63,786 nucleotides of DNA, filler included, from Octopus bimaculoides (GCF_001194135.2; 7 parts of 6 records of this genome joined end to end with filler, not necessarily neighbours in it), one strand, 5' to 3'. Counted from the first letter of the whole stretch, positions 11,361 through 23,200 are shown. Program-made: numbers and translations. The notes: generated by a model not told the origin, from the letters alone.

Positions 11361-11400
11361 ACAAGACAACCCAAACGAGATAGCTTTAACCGGAAATTAA
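11361..11400 (+). CDS. Candidate terminal coding exon
   Basis: Strong acceptor TTTGTATTTTTAG. The phase 2 frame reads (R)QDNPNEIALTGN* and an AATAAA follows at about 11442. Confidence 0.2.
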
Positions 11401-11772
11401 GTTTCCATGGTTACTAAAACATTATTGTTATTATTAAACAAAATAAATCAAACAACGTTTTGATAGATTTACTTGATAATCTATAGAAGTCAAGAAATGA
11501 ATCGTTCATTCCATAATCAATTTTATTTATATTCAATTAGTAAAATATTTAGTTTATAGAAAGTCTTCTCAAACCGAAGCTCTGTGCTCTCTTTGAGACT
11601 TTGTAATGTTTTATGCTGTGTCACTCATACATTCATTTTTATTGGTTTCAAAACGATCTACGCCACTTCTGCGTTATATCATCGGATTCTTCGCCAGATT
11701 CCTCGCTTTCCTGATGCTGGCTCTACTGCTAAAGTTCTAAATATTTGATTTTCATAACTAGGCACAAAATAA

Positions 11773-11811
<39 letters not shown>

Positions 11812-11974
11812 TACACACACACACACACACATACACACACACACGTATGTGTGTATGTATGCATGCATGTGTGCGTGTGCGCGCGAGCGCGCGTGTGTAT
11901 GTGTGTGTGTGTGTGTGTGTGTCTGTCTGTCTGTCTGTCTGTCTGTCAGTGTTTGTGTTTGTCTCTTTACAATA

Positions 11975-12538
11975 GTTGCTGGATTGGGATTGTTTATGTT
12001 CATGTTGGTACCTCTATTTCCAGGTCTTTGTATTTTGAAAGTTTCTCTATTTCTTTTAGAGAAACGTTGTCATCTGCTGGTATTGATACATCAACTAAAA
12101 GCATTTTTTTCCTTCATGATCTCTGACAACTATATCTGGCCTATTGACTTTTATTTCTCTATCTGTGTGTATTGGTTGCTTTCTCGTTTTCTGTGACCTT
12201 TTCTGGGGTGTGCCTATACCATCTTTTTTTCTGTTGTTATTCCATAGAGTTGGCATAGCTTCCAGTGTATGTAGGTCCCAACTCTGTCGTGTCTGTGAAT
12301 ATATTCCTTCTTAGCCAGGACTGGGCAGCCAGATATAATATGATTTATTGTTTCTTGTCCATCTCCACATATTCTGCAGTTACTTCTTATGCTTCTTTTC
12401 ATTATATGTTTTTGGTAATTTCTGGTGGGGAGGCTTTGATCTTGTGCTGCAATTTAAAATCTTTCAGTCTCTACTTTGCTAGGATTTTTCTGTCTATTTC
12501 TTTTGCGTTTAGTTTAGCCCAGTATTTGCCATGAAGGG
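11975..12538 (-). mobile_element. R4/Dong-like non-LTR retrotransposon C-terminal fragment (CCHC plus RLE)
   Basis: CRICGDGQETINHIISGCPVLAKKEYIHRHDRVGTYIHWKLC, followed by degenerate RLE sequence. Confidence 0.8.
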
Positions 12539-12647
12539 NNNNNNNNNNNNNNNNNNNNNNNNNNNNNNNNNNNNNNNNNNNNNNNNNNNNNNNNNNNNNN
12601 NNNNNNNNNNNNNNNNNNNNNNNNNNNNNNNNNNNNNNTTCCCCAAG

Positions 12648-12691
12648 ACACCTGATGAAGGCTGGAGAGTATATCAGCCGAAATTTTGTGT
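12648..12691 (+). ncRNA. Minimal type I hammerhead motif with non-pairing stem III
   Basis: ACAC-CTGATGA-A-GGCTG(loop)CAGCC-GAAA-TTTT-GTGT: core, stem I and stem II are intact. Confidence 0.6.
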
Positions 12692-12717
12692 TAACAACAA
12701 ACAAGATGAGGACAAAT

Positions 12718-12838
12718 AATGGTACTTATTTTATCGACCCCGATGCACGAAAGGTAAAGACGATCTCGGCGGAATTTGAATTCAGAACGTAAAGACAGAC
12801 GAAATGCGGCTAACGATTCTGCCAGCTCGCCGCCTTAG
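12718..12838 (-). mobile_element. tRNA-derived SINE (family B), partial
   Basis: Minus strand TAAGGCGGCGAGCTGGCAGAATCGTTAG...GAATTCAAATTCCGCCGAG...GGGGTCGATAAAATAAGTACC. Confidence 0.75.
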
Positions 12839-12844
12839 TACGCA

Positions 12845-14960
12845 GTAAAATAAAGTCTGTTATGAAACATAACCGAAAACATTTCCAAAGAAATTAGATG
12901 TGTCAAAGCTCAAAACTGATACAGCTAAAAACAAACCGTCTCGTGTTTTAGTAGCACAGAAAATATAGAAAAGTCACGGAGTCATTTATGATGCATCTAA
13001 AGAGGTTCTTGGTTTTTCTCATTGAAAACATCACGACTGGTTTGATGAAAATGATGAACCGATCAATATAGAGCTCCAAAAAATGTACAGACTACACAAG
13101 GAATAGATTGCTGATAAAAACTGTTGTTAAAAGATAAAATAATATCAAGTAGTAGAAAAGTTCAGTGCAAGTTAAACTGCAAAGAATGAAGCAACAATAG
13201 TGGGAAGTGAAAGCTAAAGCTCTTCAAGAAGCCGCAAATAAACAGGATATGAAATCTCTCTATCAAAATCAAAGGGGAGTATCTGATCCTAGTAAAGATG
13301 GCTATTCTTCTATCTTATCTGCTGAGGAAATTTACTGATAAATCGACACGATATAATTAGACGTTGGCCAGAATACTTTAAAGATGTGCTCAACAGAGAA
13401 TGTCATTGGTAATCTTCCTTAGAGTCCTCCGATGCAGTCTCTTGCTCCAGCACCATCTGTAGCAGGAGTTAAAGTATCTATCAAACGACTAGATAGTTGA
13501 AAAGCCCCTGGGGAGGATGGAGAAATTTTAAATGTGGCGGTAATACTCTGACAAAAAGACTCACATGGAACTCGGGCGTAATACCACGACAGTTAATAGA
13601 TGCTACAATTGTTCATTTGTATAAACAGAAAAGTAACATATGTGAATGTCATAACCATCGTGGTATCTCACTCCTTTCAATTGCTGGTAAAATCCTCTCA
13701 AAAGTGAATTTAAATAGAATAAATGTTGACTTAGTGAAGTCTGTATATCCTAATAGCCAGTGCGGTTTCAAAGCTGGCCGTGGAACAGTAGATATGATAT
13801 TTAGTTTGCGGCAGGTGCAGAAAACGTCTTGCGAACTTGAAAAAGATGTCTATGCAGTATTTGTTGATCTCAGAAAGGCTTTGACATGGTATGCTATGAG
13901 ACATTTTGGAAGATCCTGACTAAACTCAGGGTATCTGAACAAATGTTGAATGTCATAGCATTGCATAGGGACATGAAAGCCTTCGTTTGGAGTGACGAAT
14001 GGTACAAAACAAGGGTGTGTTGGCACTAGTATTATTTGCATTGTTTCTACTGTTATGACAGATCATATTGATGTTATAGGTGTTCCTGTAGAATATTGCA
14101 CCAGTGGAGAAATTTACAATTAGCAGAGGTTAAAGGCTAAAGCAAGACTACGCTTTCAAACTGTCAGAGACTTGCTATTTGCAAATGGCTGTCCACTGCT
14201 TGCCCATTCTCTCGAAGACGTTCAACTGATACTAAACAAATATATTGCAGTTGTCAGATCTTTCAGCCTAATGATAAGCATTAGAAAGATCGAACTCCTC
14301 TTTCAGCCATGTCCCAGAAATAGTGTAAAGATTATGTTAGAGTGGTTGTAGAAGCTCTAAAAACAGTGAGTTATTTCACAACTCTTAGCTCTACAGTGAG
14401 AAACACTGCCAAGCTTCATAAAAAAATTGGAACACGTATGGGTAACGCAAGTTCAGCTTTTGACAAACTGTACGAAAGACTCTGAAATTCCCATAATGTC
14501 TTTATTAAAACTAAAATTGAAATCTATAAAGCAGTCATCATAACAACTCTCTTATATGGGGCAGAGACCTGACTGGAAGCATATTCATAAAAATGAGATG
14601 CCTGGGACAAATATGCAAAATAAAATGGGATGATTAAGTGAGGAACAAGGATATTTTGTCGGTGTGTAATATCCCTGGCATAGGAGCTTTCCTGATCGGG
14701 TGGCGTGGTCATGTTTTGCAAATAAACAATGAAAGAATTTCAAAGCAAGTCTTTTATGGATAACTAAAAAACTCACGACATACAGTTGTAGACTATTACC
14801 ACGGTATAAAGATAAATTTATGGCTAATATAAAATGCCCCAACATAAAAAGGAATGACTGGAAGGATATAACAGGAAAAGAATGACTGGAGAAAACGGTA
14901 CCGTTAGAACTAGAAAACTTTGAAGCACAAAAATTCCATCACCATAAGCAGTGGCATGAA
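12845..14960 (+). mobile_element. RTE-clade LINE, degraded ORF (RT and thumb regions)
   Basis: DATIVHLYKQK...NHRGISLLSIAGKIL...SQCGFKAGRGTVDMIFSLRQVQK...YAVFVDLRKA, with later DLLFA-like and LLYGAET-like remnants; many stops and frameshifts. Confidence 0.85.
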
Positions 14961-15077
14961 AACAAAGTGAAATTATCAAAATACGAATATTCTTGCACTA
15001 CGACTGTTCCAATAGTCATAGCTTGACATGGGCAACTTCTAACAGCGGGTGTAAAACACCTTCAGGACTGAAAATAC

Positions 15078-15112
<35 letters not shown>

Positions 15113-15206
15113 GTAATTAAATTGAACAAAACTTTTTGTAAGTAATTTGTAGATTCTGTGTCGTTGACCCATCATGTGTGTGTGCATATATATATATATA
15201 TATATA

Positions 15207-15306
15207 NNNNNNNNNNNNNNNNNNNNNNNNNNNNNNNNNNNNNNNNNNNNTTAATTAATTAANNNNNNNNNNNNNNNNNNNNNNNNNNNNNNNNNNNNNN
15301 NNNNNN
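15207..15306. other. Assembly spacer N44-TTAATTAATTAA-N44 (the same 12-mer in N runs at 26521, 45013, 53166, 55607, 62656)
   Basis: Identical 12-mer centred in a 100-bp N block; it encodes stops in all six frames. Confidence 0.95.
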
Positions 15307-15376
<70 letters not shown>

Positions 15377-15477
15377 CATACATACATACATACATATACA
15401 CATAAATGCATACATACATACATACATAATACATACATAGACACATACGTGAGTGTGCAATAAGAACCTTCCTTCCC

Positions 15478-15822
15478 CATCACATGGTTCCGGGTTCAGT
15501 TCCATTGCGTGGCACCTGAAAAAGTGTCTTCTACTATAGCCGCGAAGCGACCGAAGGTATGTGAGTGGATTTGGTAGGCGGAAGCTGAAAGAAGCTCGTG
15601 GTATATACGTATATATCTATGTGTGTTTGTCTTTATGGCTGTGTTTGTCTTCGCCATCGTTTGACAACAGGTGTTTGTGTGTTTACGTACCCGTAACTTA
15701 GCGGTTCGGCAAAAGACACTGATAGAATAAGTACGATGCTTTTAAAAAAAGATTGGAGTTGATTCACTTAATTAAAATTCTTAAAGACGGAGACCCAGCA
15801 GTGCCGACATCTAATGACTGAA

Positions 15823-15825
<3 letters not shown>
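15478..15825 (+). mobile_element. tRNA-derived SINE (family A) with internal microsatellite
   Basis: CACATGGTTCCGGGTTCAGT...GTGTCTTCTACTATAGCC...GTAACTTAGCGGTTCGGCAAAAG...GATAGAATAAGTAC. Confidence 0.85.
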
Positions 15826-15866
<41 letters not shown>

Positions 15867-15889
15867 GTCTGTCTGTCTGTCTGTCTGTG

Positions 15890-15964
<75 letters not shown>

Positions 15965-16137
15965 GATATATATATATATGGATTTTACAACTTCTGAGGT
16001 TCCGTTGAAATAAGTAAAAGATTGTGTGCGTGTGTGTGTGTGTGTGTATGTGTGTGTGTGTATTAAATAAAATAAGATAAGATAACGAGGCCAAGGTAAT
16101 GTAATATGTCTAGGACATTTATAAAGAGAAAGGTGGT

Positions 16138-16181
16138 CTTACAATTGTTTCAGGGAAATAAATGATATCCCATAATCAGAG
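16138..16181 (-). ncRNA. Degenerate hammerhead motif (G8 to U)
   Basis: Minus strand CTGATTA-T-GGGA...TCCC-T-GAAACAATTGTA-AG with palindromic stem III ACAATTGT. Confidence 0.45.
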
Positions 16182-17167
16182 TTGAGATATAAGAGAGTTT
16201 CAATAGAAGGAATTAGTAGAGTTCATTATATAAAAAGTTATTTTGGAAAGGGAGAGATACAGAAAGTATAAAGGGAAATATGAAAATAAAAATACATCTT
16301 GGATGTTGTTCCATTATCCAAGGAATGTGCTATGTAGAATGGGTAACGAGGCTTCTTTTCATGGTGTGTAAATTCCTACATGTCCTTACCTGCCTTTTGG
16401 GTCTTCTGGACACCAGGACCTCTCATATATATGTGTATGTATGTATGTATGTATGTATGTATGTATGTATGTATGTATGTATGTGTGTATGTGTGTATGT
16501 ATGTATGTATGTATGTATATATNNNNNNNNNNNNNNNNNNNNNNNNNNNNNNNNNNNNNNNNNNNNNNNNNNNNNNNNNNNNNNNNNNNNNNTATATATA
16601 TATACATACGTTATATATACATACATACATTATATATATATATATATATATGTTGCGCTTGTGAAAACATATACGTATGGTCAAAAATATGTGTGTAAGT
16701 GCTGTGTGTGTGTGTGTGCGTGTAAATGTGTGTGTGTGAGTGTGTGTGAGTGTGAGTGTGTGTGAGTGTGAGTGTGTGTGAGTGTGTGTGTGTGGTTCTA
16801 TAAATATATATTTTGAGTTAGATTTATTAAAACAGGTTGGAAATATAACAGACTACTAAATAAAAATTGATATAGGGAAGGTAAGGGTGTTGTTGAAGCT
16901 AGATAAACAGGTAATTAAGTCAGAAGAAAGGTAGATAAGTACATCAGTTATCATCAATGTAAGTAGATAGGTAGGCCGCTTGCTATGTAAACAGGTGTGT
17001 ATATACACCAGTAAAGAGACATGGATGTTTCAGTTATAGCTACTATGTGTCTCTTCACAAATGTATACTTAACTTTGTGAACGGATTAATGTCAATTGGT
17101 TTATGCTAACTACTTATAGTTGGAGCACATTCCTTCGCAAGTATATCTATTTTATGTACACACACAT

Positions 17168-17237
<70 letters not shown>

Positions 17238-17782
17238 NNNNNNNNNNNNNNNNNNNNNNNNNNNNNNNNNNNNNNNNNNNNNNNNNNNNNNNNNNNNNNN
17301 NNNNNNNNNNNNNNNNNNNNNNNNNNNNNNNNNNNNNNNNNNNNNNNNNNNNNNNNNNNNNNNNNNNNNNNNNNNNNNNNNNNNNNNNNNNNNNNNNNNN
17401 NNNNNNNNNNNNNNNNNNNNNNNNNNNNNNNNNNNNNNNNNNNNNNNNNNNNNNNNNNNNNNNNNNNNNNNNNNNNNNNNNNNNNNNNNNNNNNNNNNNN
17501 NNNNNNNNNNNNNNNNNNNNNNNNNNNNNNNNNNNNNNNNNNNNNNNNNNNNNNNNNNNNNNNNNNNNNNNNNNNNNNNNNNNNNNNNNNNNNNNNNNNN
17601 NNNNNNNNNNNNNNNNNNNNNNNNNNNNNNNNNNNNNNNNNNNNNNNNNNNNNNNNNNNNNNNNNNNNNNNNNNNNNNNNNNNNNNNNNNNNNNNNNNNN
17701 NNNNNNNNNNNNNNNNNNNNNNNNNNNNNNNNNNNNNNNNNNNNNNNNNNNNNNNNNNNNNNNNNNNNNNNNNNNNNNNNNN

Positions 17783-17813
<31 letters not shown>

Positions 17814-17854
17814 CACATGCATACGTATATATGTATGATATATGTATGATATAT

Positions 17855-17906
<52 letters not shown>

Positions 17907-17918
17907 AACATATATAGG

Positions 17919-17949
<31 letters not shown>

Positions 17950-18314
17950 ATATATATATACCTATATATATGTGTGTATGTGTGTGTGTCTGTAAACATA
18001 AGTACATAAGTATTAATCGTGTGCGTGTGTATATGCTTATTCATCCGCATATACAAATGTACAAATTACGTACGTATGCATACACATCTGACTACCTGTT
18101 TGCATATGCAATCATATATATGTTGGAAACATCTCTTCGTTAATAAATGTTTGATTAAACTCATAGCTCTACTCTTTTAACCCAGTTTTACGTTTGGGAA
18201 ATGGAAGATGAGAACAGATTTATGAAGGGAGATAATCTAGTAGTTCGGCCACACATGGAGCCATTTTTGGTAGGTTAATGATGGAAGTCTATCAACTGAA
18301 TATATATATACATG

Positions 18315-18378
<64 letters not shown>

Positions 18379-18502
18379 CAAGGTGTCCACAAAGTCTGAG
18401 TACATGGAGTAAATAAAATCATAACATAAACAATTAAATATAAGAAATAATTTCTTAAAGTATGTGTTAATCCGCGTGTACCCAGACTTTGTGGACAACG
18501 TG
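18379..18502. mobile_element. 124-bp Tc1/mariner-type MITE
   Basis: About 26-bp TIRs (CAAGGTGTCCACAAAGTCTGAGTACA versus the reverse complement CACGTTGTCCACAAAGTCTGGGTACA) with TA on both sides. Confidence 0.8.
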
Positions 18503-18519
18503 TATATATATATATATAT

Positions 18520-18960
18520 CGATGGGATTCCATACACAATATCATGGAGAATCCTAGAAAGTCCAGATCTCTACATTAACAGGACCAACCGCTGTAAATT
18601 ATGCATAACGGATCGAGCAAGGATCTTAAAGGACTCCTCGACCGAGGGATCATCCTGAACTCCAGAACGGAGGACTTTGGACAGTGCTTACATTTCAGGA
18701 AATCCCTGCTCGCCTGTTGGAACCCCCGGGATAACGGGGTCACCGGCGTTCGAAAGCAAAAGAGACACAACCCCTTTTGTTGACATCGGCGTTCAATAGC
18801 CATGGGGAGAAAATCCCCTTTGTTGATATTGAGTAACGGGGTCATTTCCATCTCTATATTCTAGAGAGGCCTTTAGCCAACAGGTTTTGGGATCTGATGA
18901 TACGCCATAAAGCCAAGCCCTCTATGGACATGAAACCTATGGTAATCCCATAAACCGGCC
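18520..18960 (+). mobile_element. Penelope-like element 3' end (GIY-YIG C-terminus plus 3' UTR)
   Basis: ISWRILESPDLYINRTNRCKLCITDRARIL, then after a frameshift ILNSRTEDFGQCLHFRKSLL; ends in a hammerhead motif. Confidence 0.75.
18883..18956 (+). ncRNA. Type I hammerhead ribozyme motif in the PLE 3' UTR
   Basis: TGGGAT-CTGATGA(18894-18900)...GAAA(18932-18935)-CC-TAT-GG-TA-ATCCCA. Stem I is a perfect 6 bp, extended by GGTTT/AAACC. Stem II contains CCATA/TATGG. Confidence 0.78.
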
Positions 18961-19329
18961 TTATCTTAATTTAATATACATATATATATTTCACACGGAA
19001 TGTCATCTATTTCTAAACCATGACCTGAAGTGACTTTATATATAAGGGAACTGTTATAACGTATATAAGAAAAAATAAATATCAGTCGAAAGAATTTGGC
19101 TTTAATAATTGTTTATATTACATAATATTATATTATGTTATATTATATTCATAGTATTTAACATAATATTGTAATATAAATAAATTATTGGATTGTCAAT
19201 AGAATATCTCTAAATTTAACTTTAATATATATATATATACAGAGAGAGAGAGAGAGAGAAACAGAGACAGAAGTGTAGATGTGTGTGTGTAGTAACAAGT
19301 CTGCTTCTCCACCGCATGTTTCCATTTCA

Positions 19330-19500
19330 CAATACCCTTGGACTAACCAAAACTTTGTATAAGTAGATTTGGTAGATGAAAACAGAAAGAAGCCCAGACG
19401 TGGATGTGTGGTAAGAAACTTGCTTCCCAACCACATCGTTCTGGGTTCAGTCCCACTGCGTGGGACCTTGGGCAAGTGTCTTCTAATATAGCCTCACGCA
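19330..19500 (+). mobile_element. SINE family A fragments (middle segment followed by head)
   Basis: GTGTGGTAAGAAACTTGCTTCCCAACCACAT...GGGTTCAGTCCCACTGCGTGG...GGGCAAGTGTCTTCT. Confidence 0.8.
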
Positions 19501-19520
19501 TAGCTATATACATACATACA

Positions 19521-19554
<34 letters not shown>

Positions 19555-19753
19555 CACNNNNNNNNNNATATATATATATATATATATACATGAAAAGCTC
19601 ATATCAAATTTTAAAACAATGGCGGGAGACTATGTAACCTATATACAATGCTAGTATGGTTATGGGTGCTGACTCATGTTCCCATGTTTGAGACTAGCCC
19701 TCTTGCAAATTTGTCAATACGTGGGTCGTTTCGCTTTCCTGGAGGCCTTATTA

Positions 19754-20352
19754 GAAAGCGAAACGACCCACGTTACACGACGAAAACAGTGAAGTTTGGG
19801 AGTAAGAGTCTGATGCTTTGAGGATACATAAACTGTGATAGTTCAAGAAAGTTGGTTAAAATTCAAGGTAACTTGAATAGTGCCAAATACATTCAGTTGC
19901 CGAAGGAAAATTTGATACCAGACTTGAACAAAGGTGAGATTTTTCAGCATGCCAGAGCTCCATGCCACAGATTGCGTGCAACACAACAGAACCTGGCTGA
20001 TGAAAGTGTTACCTTATTGAAAGATTGGCCAGCTCAAAGCCCTGACTTAAATATCATCGAGCAAACGTGGACAGAAGAGTTCGTCAGAAGAATCCACGCA
20101 ATCTTGAAGCGTTGTGGGAGCTCAGCCATAGAGAATGGCATCTCATACCTGTGAAGATGGTGAAAGATTTGTACGCATCCATCCCAGATGCATTGAAACA
20201 ATTATTCAAGCTAAGAGAAGCCTCACGAATGCATAGTAACTTCTTGAAATGAACATCATGTAATATATTTTCATTGTAGACATTTTTTTTCTTTTAAAAC
20301 ATTATATCTTCATTGGTTTATGTGAGGTGGCCGAAAACTTTTGGACGGTAAT
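19754..20352 (+). mobile_element. Tc1-family (DD34E-type) transposase 3' fragment
   Basis: TVKFG...GNLNSAKYIQL...IFQHARAPCH...WPAQSPDLNIIEQTW, ending in TIR-like CCGAAAACTTTTGGACGGTA. Confidence 0.85.
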
Positions 20353-20843
20353 TTTTAGTGGTCGTCTCACATCTTTCTCTCTCATTCAGAACTCCTACAA
20401 CAAAATATAATGATTAGGTAGGGAAATAATTCCATCAGGGCCAATGTTTCATCCATAAAAGCGCAGTGCGAAACATCCACTTATAAATCGGCAATTAGTA
20501 GAAATTTACAAGGGTTTAAAGTGGCCGAAGACTTATGCACAGTACTGTATCTATATATATATTGTTTGCTCTTGGCTCTAATTCCCCACAAAAAGAATTT
20601 CTTTTGCACAGTACTGTATATATATTCTTTGCTCTCAGCTCTAATTCCCCACAAAGGAATTTCTTCTGTGGGTGCCGCCAATTGCGAAGCTCTCAGTCGT
20701 ATCATTAAAGGTACAAAAAATAAAATTGACCTAGCGAGGCTTGAACTCAGTGGATAGAAAACCGAAACAAATACCATTAGGCAATGTATCTGATGCTCTA
20801 CAGACTCGTTCAATTCACCATGCATATATGTGTGAATACATGT

Positions 20844-20922
<79 letters not shown>

Positions 20923-20934
20923 ACGTGCGCGCGT

Positions 20935-21205
20935 GCGTGCTCCCGATCGTAAGTTCGTGGGTTCGATTCCTGGCGGCGCATTGTGTCCATGAGCAAGGCT
21001 CTTTATTTCACGTTGCTTCAGCTCACGTATCTGGCAAAAATGAGTAGTACCTGTATCTTAAAGGGCCACCCGAGAAACATTGTATCAAGCTGAATCTCCC
21101 TGAGAACTAGGGAGAACTACTTGTTCGTTAATTTCATGAGCAAGCTCTTCTGTTGATCGGACCAACCGATACATTCGTCATCATAACCGAAGGAATGTCA
21201 GTGTT
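20935..21205 (+). mobile_element. tRNA-derived SINE (family D)
   Basis: CGATCGTAAGTTCGTGGGTTCGATTCC (B-box)...GAGCAAG..CTTTATTTCACGTTGCT; same family as 34700, 38810 and 56790. Confidence 0.8.
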
Positions 21206-21494
21206 TAGTATATTCAAATGTATTGTGCATGCATATAAGTAGACATGTGTTAAGGTATAGCTATGAGATTAAGAACTTTGAGTCGCATCTAAGTGGTTCA
21301 GTGTTCGATCTTACGGCTCAGAAACTTCGGATGGTGCTTCTTACTATAATATTAGGTTTGTTAATTCCTTATGAGTGGAATTTTCTAGTAAAAAAACTCT
21401 CATTTGCGTATACCATTTTGCATGTGTATGCTTGTATGTATGTATCTATCTGTATTTAGCTATACACACATTCACGTGCACACATACTGTTATC

Positions 21495-22075
21495 ATTTCA
21501 GCTTTACTATATGGCTGCGAAACTTGGACATCGTCGTGACATCCAAAAGTTAGAATGCTTTCACCAACAAAAAGCTTCGTTCAATCTTGAGCATCAAATG
21601 GGTATACTATATGGTTAATAACAAAGTCCTCGAAAGAGCCAACACTCAAAGCATCGAATCGCTGATCATGAAACATCATCTTCGATGGTCAGAACATGTA
21701 GCAAGAATGGATTCCAGGGAAAAGAGCACGGAGTTACCATCTTCGAAGATATAAGGACCAACTCAAAACGATACTGAAAGCCAGTGGACTTGATCCTAAA
21801 TTGTTTGAAGCACAATCCCGAGACGTACCAAGTGGCGGTGTTCCATCACCATCGGAACCAAAAACTTCGAAACCACCAGAAGAGAAAAGGCCGAAATCAA
21901 AAGACAGGAGGGAAAGGCCCCACAAAATCGACCAATATTGCCATGCAGTCAATGCCATCGACTCTTATATGCAAGAATTGGTCTACCTAGTCACCAATGT
22001 CATCAGTATAAAGGAAGCATTCAGCAAAGAAGTCAAATTCTCAGATACGCGTTAAAGCTGACGACGACGGTTTGT
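21495..22075 (+). mobile_element. RTE-clade LINE 3' end
   Basis: YGCETW...DIQKLECFHQQ...SILSIKW...LIMKHHLRWSEHVARM; terminal Cys/His-rich segment and (GAC)n tail. Confidence 0.7.
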
Positions 22076-22329
22076 GATAATATGGTCGTGTATGTATATG
22101 TGTGTACATGAATGTATTTGTGCGTTGAACAGTTAAACGTAACAGGGACCTGATAAGAAACTCTAGTACATTATTTGAACATCAATATTTGATAAGGTAG
22201 CTTTTTTACATGCGTGTTGATAACTACCCCCTGACAATCAACGACTGCAACGACTCCCTAGAGGCTATCACGTTCTTCTGGGAGAATAGAAGGGTTTTTT
22301 TTTATATATATATTTCTTTAATATCATTA

Positions 22330-22805
22330 ACAAACAGTCCTCTTTCACTCTCCTAAATCGTTCTCTTCACCTCCACTTTCACTCTAATCTTAACTCTTCT
22401 AATTTTACAGGTCTTCTCTTATCCACAACGCCTCTCTCTTTCTCCCTCTTCTTCTTCCTTCTCTCCCTTCCTCTTCCTCTTCCTTCTCTCTCTTCCTCTC
22501 ACTTTCTCTCTTTATTCCCTCTCTTCTCCCTCTCTTTCTATCTCTCAAACACCCCTCTCTCCTCTTTATTTGTTTCTCTCCTCCTCCTCCTCCTCCTCCT
22601 CCTCCTCCTCTCTTGCTCCTTCTCTCTCTCTTGCTCCTTCTCTCTCTCTTTTTCCCTCTCTCCTCCACCTCCCTCCCTTCCTCACTCTCTCTTTTTGTAT
22701 CTCCGACCNNNNNNNNNNGCTCCTTCTCTCTCTCTTTTTCCCTCTCTCCTCCACCTCCCTCCCTTCCTCACTCTCTCTTTTTGTATCTCCGACCTCTACC
22801 TTCCC

Positions 22806-22871
<66 letters not shown>

Positions 22872-23094
22872 ATTTTTCTTTCTTTCTTTTTTCTTTATCT
22901 CCCTACCCCTCTCTCTTTCCTTAGTTCTTTCTTTCTCTCATCCATCTCTCTTTCCCTCTCTATCTCTCTTTCTTGTTCTCTCTCTTCTCCACCTCTCTCT
23001 TCCCCCTTTTTCTATTGTCTTTCCTCCATCTCTCTCCTCCATCTCCCTCTTCCTTCTCTCTCTTCCACCCCTTTCTCTCTTCCATCTCTTTCTA

Positions 23095-23145
<51 letters not shown>

Positions 23146-23200
23146 TATTTTCTCTCCCTCACTTCTCTCTCCACCCCCACTTGTTTCTCACCTTCTATAG
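22330..23200. repeat. About 870-bp polypyrimidine (CT/CTT/CTTT/CCT) low-complexity tract
   Basis: Direct reading; source of the S/L/F-rich ORFs. Confidence 0.95.

Noticed and set aside
20935-20975. tRNA-like B-box/T-arm sequences (also 34700, 8900)
   Set aside because: SINE heads; no complete cloverleaf, so not called tRNA genes.
22615-22790. Apparent tandem duplication across a 10-N gap
   Set aside because: Contig-overlap artefact; the same pattern occurs at 58375-58461.
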